Positions 20,156-28,239 of a DNA stretch of 64,000 nucleotides are shown in pieces (the first letter of the stretch is position 1; each line of letters begins with the position of its first letter). Location of the stretch: the NCBI GenBank assembly GCA_902470065.1, contig CABRFA010000005.1, positions 1,566 through 65,565 of the forward strand. The letters run 5' to 3'. The notes beneath the pieces were generated by a model that was not told the origin of the DNA, made no database searches, and saw only the letters and a list, made by a program, of their open reading frames with translations. The stretch is from an uncultured Collinsella sp. (GTDB lineage: Bacteria > Actinomycetota > Coriobacteriia > Coriobacteriales > Coriobacteriaceae). The translations under genes and the position numbers were made by a program.

Positions 20156-21197
20156 GGACACCATAAGGCTTACGTCCATGACGGCCGCGAGCGGTTGAGC
20201 CGCTAAGTTGGCCCCCGGAGCCCTCGCCCAGGTCCTGGGCGATTTACCCAATGTGCATAACGACAACTTGCTCGTGGGGTTCGATACCTCCGACGATGCG
20301 AGCGTCTTCCGCGTAGGGGAGAACCTGGGACTCGTGCAGTCCATCGACTTCTTCCCACCGATGGTCGATGACCCGTTCCTGTTTGGCCAGATTGCCGCGG
20401 CAAATTCGCTGTCGGACATCTACGCCATGGGCGGGCGGCCGAGCCATGCCATGAACCTGCTCTGCATACCCAGTTGCCTGGGCGTCGAGGTTGCCGGTCA
20501 GATTCTGGCGGGCGGCGCCGACAAGTGCGTCGAGGCGGGTTGCTCCATCGCGGGCGGCCACACCATCAACGACGACGAGCCCAAGTACGGCCTGTCCGTG
20601 AGCGGCTTTGTCGCGCTCGACCGTATGCTCGCCAACAGCGGCGCACGCGTGGGCGATGTCTTGCTGCTGACCAAGGCGATCGGCTCGGGCATCATCATCA
20701 CGGCCATTAAGGGCGAGCTCATCGAGCAGGACGAGGCCGCAGCCATGTTTGACTCGATGCGCACCCTCAACGAGGCCCCGATTCGTCTGGCCGAGGGACT
20801 CGAGCTTCACGGCTGTACCGACATTACGGGCTTTGGCCTGATCGGGCACGCATGCGAGATGGCCGAGGGCTCGGGCGTGCAGATTGAGCTTTCGTCGGGG
20901 TCGGTGCCGCTCTTTGACCAGGTGCTCGACATGGCGCGTCTGGGCATTATCCCCGCGGGCTCCTACCGCAACCAGGACTTCTTTGGCCCGCGCGTGGCTG
21001 CCGACGAGGACCTGGAGCCGGGCATGCTGGATGCGCTGTACGATCCGCAGACCTCGGGCGGCCTACTCATCGCGGCGCCTGCTGCCGATGTGGATGAGCT
21101 TGCGCGCCGCCTGGATGCCGAGGGGCGCATCGCCGCCGTTGTCGGGCGCGTGTACGAGGCAGTGCCGGGCGGTCCTGCCGTCCGCGTTGTTCGCTAG
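20148..21197 (+). CDS. selD: Selenide, water dikinase SelD, selenoprotein (Sec17)
   Basis: MAKDTIRLTSMTAASG-TGA(20196-20198)-AAKLAP continues in frame into DDASV, DFFPPMVDDP, AAANSLSDIYAMGG, GGHT, TDITGFGL and DPQTSGGLL. Confidence 0.95.
20211..20240 (+). promoter_or_regulatory. Putative SECIS hairpin of selD
   Basis: The imperfect hairpin gcccccggagccctcgcccaggtcctgggc starts 12 nt after the UGA. Confidence 0.55.
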
Positions 21198-21258
21198 CCC
21201 GCACGTTTGTGTAATTGTTTACCGTTCTCTAGAACGGTTCTTTCGAAAGGAATTTACT

Positions 21259-21885
21259 ATGTCTACCAAGATTGATGTCAATGCCATGGGCGATGCCTGC
21301 CCGCTGCCCGTCGTCAAGACGCTCAAGGCCCTCAAGCAGCTCGATGGCGAGGGCGTTGTCGTGACCTCGGTCGACAACGAGACCGCCGTCAAGAACATCT
21401 CCAAGATGGCACAGGAAAAGGGCTGCACGGCCTCGGTCGAGAAGGTTTCTGACGCCGAGTGGCACGTGACCTTGGCGACCTCTGGCGCCGTTGCCGTTGC
21501 GGACCCCGAGCAGGATAGCGCTGCCTTCTGTGATGCCAGCGCCGGCAAGGGCAAGCTCGTCATTTCCGTCTACACCGATTGCATGGGCCGTGGCGACGAC
21601 GAGCTGGGCCACAAGCTCATGAAGGCCTTTATCTTTGCCGTGACGCAGCAGGAGGAGCTGCCCGCGACCATGCTGTTCTACAACGGTGGCGCCAAGCTCA
21701 CCGTCGAGGGCTCTCCGGTGCTCGACGACCTGAAGGGCCTGGCCGAGCAGGGCGTCGAGATCCTTACCTGTGGCACCTGCCTCGATCACTATGGCATTAA
21801 GGACCAGCTTGCCGTGGGCGAGGTCACGAACATGTACGTGATCGTGGAGAAGATGGAGCAGGCCGTGCGCGTCGTGCGCCCGTAG
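21259..21885 (+). CDS. yedF: Sulfurtransferase-like selenium metabolism protein YedF (TusA/SirA + DsrE domains)
   Basis: DVNAMGDACPLPVVKT, MGRGDDELG..LMKAF, FYNGG, CGTCLDHY, GEVTNM; AAGGA RBS. Confidence 0.88.
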   Translation: MSTKIDVNAMGDACPLPVVKTLKALKQLDGEGVVVTSVDNETAVKNISKMAQEKGCTASVEKVSDAEWHVTLATSGAVAVADPEQDSAAFCDASAGKGKLVISVYTDCMGRGDDELGHKLMKAFIFAVTQQEELPATMLFYNGGAKLTVEGSPVLDDLKGLAEQGVEILTCGTCLDHYGIKDQLAVGEVTNMYVIVEKMEQAVRVVRP

Positions 21886-21904
21886 CGTATTGGTTGGAGT
21901 TGCC

Positions 21905-22156
21905 ATGAGGGAGAAGCGCCCGGCGCTTGTCATCACGTTTCCCACCACGGCGGCCGCCATGGGTTGCGAGTCCCTGTGCGTCGAGCGCGGCCTTCCCGGG
22001 CGAACGATTCCCGTGCCCGGGGAGGTCGCTGCCGGCTGCGGTCTGGCGTGGAAGGCGTTGCCTGCCGATGAGGAACTGCTGCGCAGCGAGCTTACCGCGG
22101 CGGGCGTTCCTACCGAGGGCTATACCGTGATTGATATGTGGGAGGTCGTGCGATGA
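21905..22156 (+). CDS. DUF3343 family putative Se/S carrier
   Basis: VITFPTTAAAM, IPVPGEVAAGCGLAW. Confidence 0.8.
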   Translation: MREKRPALVITFPTTAAAMGCESLCVERGLPGRTIPVPGEVAAGCGLAWKALPADEELLRSELTAAGVPTEGYTVIDMWEVVR

Positions 22157-23292
22157 TCTATCTGGATAACGCGGCGACGACCATGCACAAGCCGCAGACG
22201 GTCATTGATGCCGTGACGCAGGCGATGTGCTCGCTCGGCAATGCCGGGCGCGGCGCCACGTCGGGTGCCCTCGATGCCGCTCGTACGATTCACGCTTGCC
22301 GTGCCAAGCTCGCGCGCCTTTTGGGTTGCCCGAGGGCGAACCATGTGTGCTTTACGCCCAACTCAACCGCGGCGCTCAACACCGTCATCAATGGCGTGGT
22401 TCGCCCCGGCGACCGTGTGGTCACAACAGTGCTCGAGCACAACTCCGTGCTGCGTCCGCTCAACCGCTTGGCGGTAGAGCGGGGTGTGACCGTTGAGCAT
22501 GCGGGCTGCGACGCGAACGGCGCGCTCGACTACGACGAGCTCGAACGGCTGGTCACGCCCGGTACGCGTGCCGTGGTGGTGACGCACGCCTCCAATGTGA
22601 CCGGCAACGCGGTCGACATTGCACGCGTAGCCGCCATGGCCCATGCGGCCGGTGCACTCGTGATCGTCGATGCCTCGCAGTCTGCCGGCACGGCGCATAT
22701 CGATATGCAGGCCATGGGGCTCGACGTCGTGTGCTTTACCGGCCACAAGGGGCTCATGGGACCCCAAGGCACCGGCGGTCTGGCCGTGGCAGAGGGCATT
22801 GACGTGTCTCCGTGGGCCATGGGCGGCACGGGCGTGCACAGCTTCGACCCGCTGCAGCCGCTTGAGTGGCCCACGCGCCTTGAGGCCGGTACGCTCAACG
22901 GCCATGGCATCGCGGGCCTTTCCGCTGGTCTCGACTTTATCGAGGCCCAGGGTGGGGTCGAGGCGATTGCTTCCCACGAGCGTGCGCTCGCTGATCGCTT
23001 CCTTACCGGTGTGCGCGAGATTCCGGGGATTAAGCTCTACGGTGCGTTTGACCAACCCGCGCGCTCGGCGATCGTGTCGCTCAACGTGGGCGATATCGAC
23101 TCTGCCGAGATCTCGGACGCGCTCATGCAAGGGTGGGGGATTGCGACGCGCCCCGGCGCCCATTGCGCCCCGCTCATGCACCGTGCGCTGGGGACCGAGC
23201 GCCAGGGCGTCGTCCGTTTCTCGTTTGGGTATTTCAACACGACCGAAGAAGTCGACACGGCTATCGATGCTCTGTGCGATTTAGCCTGCTAA
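22153..23292 (+). CDS. Class V PLP aminotransferase (cysteine desulfurase/selenocysteine lyase-like)
   Basis: IYLDNAATT, EHNSV, HASNVTG, DASQSAG, TGHKGLMGPQG, RPGAHCAP; ATGA overlap with DUF3343. Confidence 0.9.
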   Translation: MIYLDNAATTMHKPQTVIDAVTQAMCSLGNAGRGATSGALDAARTIHACRAKLARLLGCPRANHVCFTPNSTAALNTVINGVVRPGDRVVTTVLEHNSVLRPLNRLAVERGVTVEHAGCDANGALDYDELERLVTPGTRAVVVTHASNVTGNAVDIARVAAMAHAAGALVIVDASQSAGTAHIDMQAMGLDVVCFTGHKGLMGPQGTGGLAVAEGIDVSPWAMGGTGVHSFDPLQPLEWPTRLEAGTLNGHGIAGLSAGLDFIEAQGGVEAIASHERALADRFLTGVREIPGIKLYGAFDQPARSAIVSLNVGDIDSAEISDALMQGWGIATRPGAHCAPLMHRALGTERQGVVRFSFGYFNTTEEVDTAIDALCDLAC

Positions 23293-23314
23293 AGCTGCCA
23301 GACCGTTTATACTT

Positions 23315-23347
23315 GCGGGATGGGTGTTTTTGCCCGTCCCGTTTTTG
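23315..23347 (+). terminator. Terminator ending the reductase-selD operon
   Basis: cgggatggg-tgttttt-gcccgtcccg followed by ttttt. Confidence 0.7.
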
Positions 23348-23369
23348 TTTCGACCCGAAAGGTGTGCAT

Positions 23370-24728
23370 ATGGCCTCATCCGCTCCGCGCGGTTTGCGCT
23401 CCGACCATGTTGTTACCGTCGGCATTGCGCTGTTCTCGATGCTCTTTGGCGCCGGCAACCTCATTATTCCGCCGCTGCTGGCGCTGCAGGCTGGTTCTGC
23501 CACGCCGGTCGCCATGCTCGGCTTTCTGATTGCCGCCATCGGCCTGCCCGTCATGGGTTTTATCGCCGTGGCACTTGCCGGAACGGCGCGTGAGCTTGCC
23601 GGCCGCGTGCATCCTAAGTTTGGCGAATTCTTCGTTGCGGCGGTCTATCTGGCCATCGGTCCGTGCCTGGCCATTCCGCGCACAAGCTCTACGGCGTTCG
23701 AAATGCTGGTGCCGCTGCTACCCGAGGGCGTTTCGCTCGGCACGGCACGTCTGGTGTTTGCCATCGGGTTCTTCGTCGTCGCGTTTGTGCTCACGCTGCG
23801 CCCGGGTGTCATCACGCGCGTGCTCGGCCGCATTACGGGCCCTGCGCTCATTGCGCTTATCGTGCTCGTTGTCGGCGCCGCCGTGATCTCGCCGCTAGGA
23901 CCGGCTGCTATCCCGCAAGCTCCCTATGATGCCGGTGCTGCCGTGCAGGGCTTTTTGACCGGCTACCAGACCATGGACCTGCTCGCGTCGCTCGCCTTTG
24001 GCATTATCATCGCCGAGACCATCCACGAGCTGGGCGTTACCGATGACAAGCGCGTGGCCTTCGAGATTTCGCGCTCCGGTGTGATCGCCGGCGTGCTCAT
24101 GGCCATTATCTATTGCGGCTTGGCACTTGCCGGTATGCAGCTCGGCACCGTGATGCCCGACGCCACCAACGGCGCTGCAATCCTTGCCCGCTCTGCCTCC
24201 ATGCACTTTGGCCTTGCCGGCACGATCGTGGTCTTCGCCATCTTCTTCCTCGCCTGCATGAACGTGTGCATCGGCCTCATCAGCTGCTGCTCGCGCTACT
24301 TCTGCGAGACGTATGTGGTTGAAGGGGGAGCGGAGGCTTCCGAGGAGGCCATGCGCCGCCCCTTCGCGATCCTCGCCTTTGTATTCGCGGCGTTTTCGTG
24401 CGTGCTCTCCAACGTGGGCCTCGATGTGATCCTTATGTTCTCGGTACCCATGCTCAACGCTTTGTATCCCGTCGCCATTGTGCTGGTGCTTATGGGCCTG
24501 GTGCACGGCTTTTGCGACGCTCATCCACAGGTGTGGGTGTGGGTCGGCGGCGTGGTTGCTGTGCAGAGTGTGATCACCTCGGTCCGCGATGCGTTCTTTG
24601 CGGGCGCGTGGCTGCCGTTCGATGCACTGCCGCTTGCGGACATTGGAGCCGCGTGGGCGCCGGTTGCCGTGGTTGCCTTTGTGATCGGTCTGCTCCATAG
24701 TCGTTTTGTCGCACATTCGAGGAGCTAA
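23370..24728 (+). CDS. brnQ: Branched-chain amino acid transporter BrnQ
   Basis: LFSMLFGAGNLIIPP, IGPCLAIPRT, GYQTMDLLASLAFG, LYPVAIVL. Confidence 0.92.
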   Translation: MASSAPRGLRSDHVVTVGIALFSMLFGAGNLIIPPLLALQAGSATPVAMLGFLIAAIGLPVMGFIAVALAGTARELAGRVHPKFGEFFVAAVYLAIGPCLAIPRTSSTAFEMLVPLLPEGVSLGTARLVFAIGFFVVAFVLTLRPGVITRVLGRITGPALIALIVLVVGAAVISPLGPAAIPQAPYDAGAAVQGFLTGYQTMDLLASLAFGIIIAETIHELGVTDDKRVAFEISRSGVIAGVLMAIIYCGLALAGMQLGTVMPDATNGAAILARSASMHFGLAGTIVVFAIFFLACMNVCIGLISCCSRYFCETYVVEGGAEASEEAMRRPFAILAFVFAAFSCVLSNVGLDVILMFSVPMLNALYPVAIVLVLMGLVHGFCDAHPQVWVWVGGVVAVQSVITSVRDAFFAGAWLPFDALPLADIGAAWAPVAVVAFVIGLLHSRFVAHSRS

Positions 24729-24819
24729 GGCATCAATGCTTGCACAGGCGGGGAGTCTCCCCTATAATTTCCTTCGCTTTGGGACACGCAAGGTTTAGAC
24801 CTTAGCTGCTCAACACCTT

Positions 24820-24896
24820 CGGGACGTGGCGCAGTTTGGTAGCGCGCCTGCTTTGGGAGCAGGATGTCGCAGGTTCGAATCCTGTCGTCCCGACCA
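24820..24896 (+). tRNA. tRNA-Pro(TGG)
   Basis: Cloverleaf; anticodon arm cctgc-tt-TGG-ga-gcagg; GGTTCGAATCC; CCA end. Confidence 0.95.
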
Positions 24897-24903
24897 TATT
24901 CTT

Positions 24904-24977
24904 GCGGGCGTAGTTCAATGGTAGAACCCCAGCCTTCCAAGCTGATGACGCGGGTTCGATTCCCGTCGCCCGCTCCA
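24904..24977 (+). tRNA. tRNA-Gly(TCC)
   Basis: Cloverleaf; cagc-ct-TCC-aa-gctg; GGTTCGATTCC; TCCA end. Confidence 0.95.
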
Positions 24978-24988
24978 TTAGATAAACG

Positions 24989-25025
24989 AACGGCTCTGGC
25001 TCCTTTTGGGACCAGAGCCGTTTTC
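24989..25025 (+). terminator. Terminator after the tRNA pair
   Basis: aacggctctgg-ctccttttggga-ccagagccgtt followed by ttc. Confidence 0.8.
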
Positions 25026-25056
25026 ATATACATGCCGGGGACCCCACATCCCCTCC

Positions 25057-25125
25057 TAAGTTGCGGTGAAATACGGACTGTTTTCCGGCTTTTATGGCCC
25101 ATGTAGTCCGTATTTCACCGCAACT
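25057..25125. repeat. REP-like palindrome family A, copy 2
   Basis: 21-bp perfect arms agttgcggtgaaatacggact. Confidence 0.9.
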
Positions 25126-25289
25126 ATTTGTAAGGTTGGATTTTGATGCCGTTGGGAGGGTCGTAGCGACCGTCTACCGAGAGTGGAATTATTTTTTGAA
25201 GCTCTGACCTGCGGCGTCAAGCTTTTGGTCAGCTTTTGGCAAGGCCTGCGGACGGAAGCATGCGATAGCGTAATGGTATTCTCTCCGCC

Positions 25290-26312
25290 GTGATGGTTAT
25301 GGGGTTGGCCATGCTCGATAAAGGCAAACATTTTCCGCAGTCATATGCAAGAATGCTATTCTCGGCCGTTGGAATTCATCAAGATGGACAGCTGCTTATA
25401 ACAATTGATCCTTGGGATGAACGCCGTGCGCGCGAGCTTATGCAGAAAGAGCTCATGCTTCGTCTTTACAACCATGTGTATGCGGATCCGGTCTATTGGA
25501 ATAATCTTGGGGTTGAAGATCGCATCTTTCAGCTGGCATCCGCTATTGCGGTCGTTGAACCGGATGCTGTGTTTTGCGGATCGACGGCAGCGCTGCTCTA
25601 CGGCATCGGCTCGGCGTATACGCTTCTGGATAAAGTGCAAGTACTGCTGCTACGGTCTACAAGGCGTGATACGTATGAGTTCGTTGAATACAAGCGCTGG
25701 CGGGCGGGCGAAGTGTGGCGGCTAGGTCTGTTTACACTGACGGATCCGTGTCGAACGGTTGTTGATATCGCTCGAACGAGCGCCTTTCGCTATGCGCTGG
25801 GCTATGTCGATGGCTTGGCCCGTGAGTACGATGTCGAACGCGAAGAACTGCGAGCATACGCGCAGGCAAATTGCCGAGGGTTGCATGGCATCGCGCGTGC
25901 TTTTGACGTTTTTGAGTATATGGACGGCAGGTCAGACAATGGCGGCGAGTCTGAGGCGAGAGCAGCGATGATTCTCGCTGGGGTTGCCGCGCCCGAGCTT
26001 CAAGTTGAGATAACGCGACCGGGAAACGCTGGCTATTATCTAGCAGATTATGGCTGGCAGATGCCAGGCGGCTCATGGACGCTGGCAGAGCTGCATGGGC
26101 TAGGCAAGTTTGAAGACGAAGCTCAAAATGATCCAGAGCAGGCGGCGGCAAAAACGTATCGAGCGGCCCTCATGCGCGACGCGAACCTTCGCGCCATGGG
26201 CCACAACGTCATTCATTTCAAACTCTCGGACACCTATGACGTAGAATCGTTCGGTGCCATGATGCGCGGCTACGGCATTCCGACAACAAAACCCTACGCC
26301 GAATCCCGATAG
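25290..26312 (+). CDS. AbiEi-like / DUF559 (Vsr-like PD-(D/E)xK) domain protein
   Basis: AVFCGSTAALLYG, TDPCRTVVDIAR, SDNGGESEAR, PELQVEI, YLADYGW, AELHG..KF, RDANLRAMG.VIHF; codon usage more AT-rich than neighbours. Start uncertain (25290/25311/25353). Confidence 0.65.
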   Translation: MMVMGLAMLDKGKHFPQSYARMLFSAVGIHQDGQLLITIDPWDERRARELMQKELMLRLYNHVYADPVYWNNLGVEDRIFQLASAIAVVEPDAVFCGSTAALLYGIGSAYTLLDKVQVLLLRSTRRDTYEFVEYKRWRAGEVWRLGLFTLTDPCRTVVDIARTSAFRYALGYVDGLAREYDVEREELRAYAQANCRGLHGIARAFDVFEYMDGRSDNGGESEARAAMILAGVAAPELQVEITRPGNAGYYLADYGWQMPGGSWTLAELHGLGKFEDEAQNDPEQAAAKTYRAALMRDANLRAMGHNVIHFKLSDTYDVESFGAMMRGYGIPTTKPYAESR

Positions 26313-26338
26313 CGAAATCGTTCGCGGTCCACCTTCAA

Positions 26339-26409
26339 TAAGTTGCGGTGAAATACGGACTGTTTTGCGGTTTGACCAGCAAAAACAGTCCGTATTTCAC
26401 CGCAACTTA
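26339..26409. repeat. REP-like palindrome family A, copy 3
   Basis: 28-bp perfect arms taagttgcggtgaaatacggactgtttt. Confidence 0.9.
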
Positions 26410-26422
26410 GGAGGGGATGGGG

Positions 26423-26899
26423 TTAGTGGCGACCGTGGTGGCGGAGCTTGTCGATGGTGGAGTCGGTGCTTCGGCTGCGGGATTCGGCGGCGCGGTCGCG
26501 GGCGTCGGCAGCGGTTTGGCGCTTGTGGCGGTAATCGATCATGCCTTGGATGATGGGCTTGCCAAAGCTCACGACATCATCGTTGTAGATGGCGGTTCGG
26601 GCGGCGAGGAGGCAGTCGGTAAAGTCCATATGGGTCTTGCCAAAGAGTTTGACGGCAAGGGAGACAACGGTGGGCTCGTCGACCATGACGTCATCGAGTA
26701 ACTTGGTCATGGCCGTCGCAATCTCCACACGCGGGACCTTGTAGACGTCACGCAGCGTAACGGCGACGCGCGTGATGATCTCGGGGTAGACGCGAGCGGT
26801 GCGCGTGGCGATGACCTTGGCGGCGCGCGGTGACAGGACCTCGTCGTCGTCAAGCAGGTAGCGTAGGATGACGGTCTCGTCGATGATGGTGCTACTCAT
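26423..26899 (-). CDS. PIN-domain (VapC-like) protein
   Basis: IIDETVILRYLLDD and MDFTDCLLAA; overlaps the upstream antitoxin gene. Confidence 0.75.
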   Translation of the reverse strand: MSSTIIDETVILRYLLDDDEVLSPRAAKVIATRTARVYPEIITRVAVTLRDVYKVPRVEIATAMTKLLDDVMVDEPTVVSLAVKLFGKTHMDFTDCLLAARTAIYNDDVVSFGKPIIQGMIDYRHKRQTAADARDRAAESRSRSTDSTIDKLRHHGRH

Positions 26900-27215
26900 G
26901 GATATCTACTTCCTCGGGACCCAAAATCGAATCGTCGCTTTCTGTAGCAAGGTACTCAATCCAGGCGTTACGCTCCTCGGAGCGGCGATTGGGATCTCCG
27001 TATGCTTTGAGCGATCCATAGGCGGCGGTGCCGTCCTTTGAGCGCACGGCGACCGGCTGAAAGGGAAGCTTGCGCATCAAAATGCTTTGCGCGACAAATA
27101 AACGGACAGCCTCGGCGAGCGATGTGCCCATGGCGTCGTAGAGATGCTCGGCATGCTGCTTGTCTTCCTCGCGAATGCGCACCTGCAGGATGGCTCGTTT
27201 TTGAGTCGATGACAT
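26892..27215 (-). CDS. RelB/DinJ family antitoxin (RHH)
   Basis: LQVRIREEDKQHAEHLYDAMGTSLAEAVRLFVAQSILMRKLPF. Confidence 0.85.
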   Translation of the reverse strand: MSSTQKRAILQVRIREEDKQHAEHLYDAMGTSLAEAVRLFVAQSILMRKLPFQPVAVRSKDGTAAYGSLKAYGDPNRRSEERNAWIEYLATESDDSILGPEEVDIHE

Positions 27216-27318
27216 TACTGGCCTCCCTTAATGAGCGTGCAATATGAACAGTCAAATATAGCATCGGCTAATAATAGCCAATCTTATAACCACTACTTTA
27301 TTGCACTAGAGTAATTGA

Positions 27319-27336
27319 TTGTGAACAATATTACAA
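27319..27336. promoter_or_regulatory. Candidate Rex operator upstream of the FHL operon
   Basis: TTGTGAA-caat-ATTACAA compared with consensus TTGTGAA-N4-TTCACAA (2 mismatches), in an AT-rich divergent promoter region. Confidence 0.45.
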
Positions 27337-27644
27337 ACGTACTACATCCTTCAGAAGCGAACGTGAAATCTTTCTTGGGCGTACGCATGTAATACACTCA
27401 CCTTTATAGCTTTTAGAGAATAATTCCAACCTGCCAAAACCCCTGCAATACACCCGTATTGCAGGGCCTATGCTCAAGTTTGCCACCTGCAACTGCGTAT
27501 ATTTAGCCTGTATATCGTTGGAGGAACTCTATCGAAGCGCCTGTTTCGCCGCATGCGCTCGATACGCCGATGCCAGGCCACGGGCGGCTTGGGGCAACGT
27601 CGACAGGGTCTCTCCGGCATGGGATTCAGGAGGGAGTGAACAAC

Positions 27645-28163
27645 ATGGGCAATAAACGAGTCGTGGCTGATTCTTCACGCTGCATTGGGTGCCAAACCTG
27701 TATGGCGGCGTGCATCGAAGCACACGATATTCCCGGCAACATCGCCGCACCTCGCTTGCGCGTAACGCGCACCTACGAGATTTCCGCGCCGGTGGCATGT
27801 CACCACTGCGAGGATGCCCCGTGCGCCAAGGCCTGCCCCACGGGCGCCTTGTTCTTTGATCCAAAGAACCATCGCATCGGCGTCAACGAGGACAACTGCA
27901 TCGGCTGCAAGAGCTGCGTCATGGCCTGCCCCTTTGGCGCCGTGAGCGTGGCGACCACGCAGGTCCCCGTCTTGATGGGCGACGTGCGCGTAGGTTCGCA
28001 GACTAAGAGCTTCGTGCTCAAGTGCGACCTGTGCGTGGACCGTCCCGGCGGTCCGGCGTGTGCCGAGGCTTGTCCGACCAAGGGCCTCACCCTGGTGGAC
28101 GAGGAGCGCCTGGCGGAGCTGACTGCCGAGCGTGCCCGCGCCACCATCGAAAACGAGGCGTAG
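27645..28163 (+). CDS. 4Fe-4S dicluster electron transfer protein (HydN/HyfA-like)
   Basis: CIGCQTCMAAC, CHHCEDAPCAKACP, CIGCKSCVMACP, KCDLC..PACAEACPT. Confidence 0.9.
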   Translation: MGNKRVVADSSRCIGCQTCMAACIEAHDIPGNIAAPRLRVTRTYEISAPVACHHCEDAPCAKACPTGALFFDPKNHRIGVNEDNCIGCKSCVMACPFGAVSVATTQVPVLMGDVRVGSQTKSFVLKCDLCVDRPGGPACAEACPTKGLTLVDEERLAELTAERARATIENEA

Positions 28164-28239
28164 GCGGGCGGCCATACAAGCCCAACGATTATCAAATAAG
28201 TACCGATTAATCGGTAGCAGAGAAAGGAAGGAGGGTGTC

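Larger units (their letters stand above)
25047..26419. mobile_element. Putative REPtron-like unit: nuclease-like gene within 38-bp perfect terminal inverted repeats
   Basis: catcccctcctaagttgcggtgaaatacggactgtttt at 25047-25084 has its exact reverse complement at 26382-26419. Confidence 0.55.

Noticed and set aside
24820..27215. tRNA-anchored prophage or integrative element
   Set aside because: There is no integrase, and I found no duplicated tRNA 3' end.
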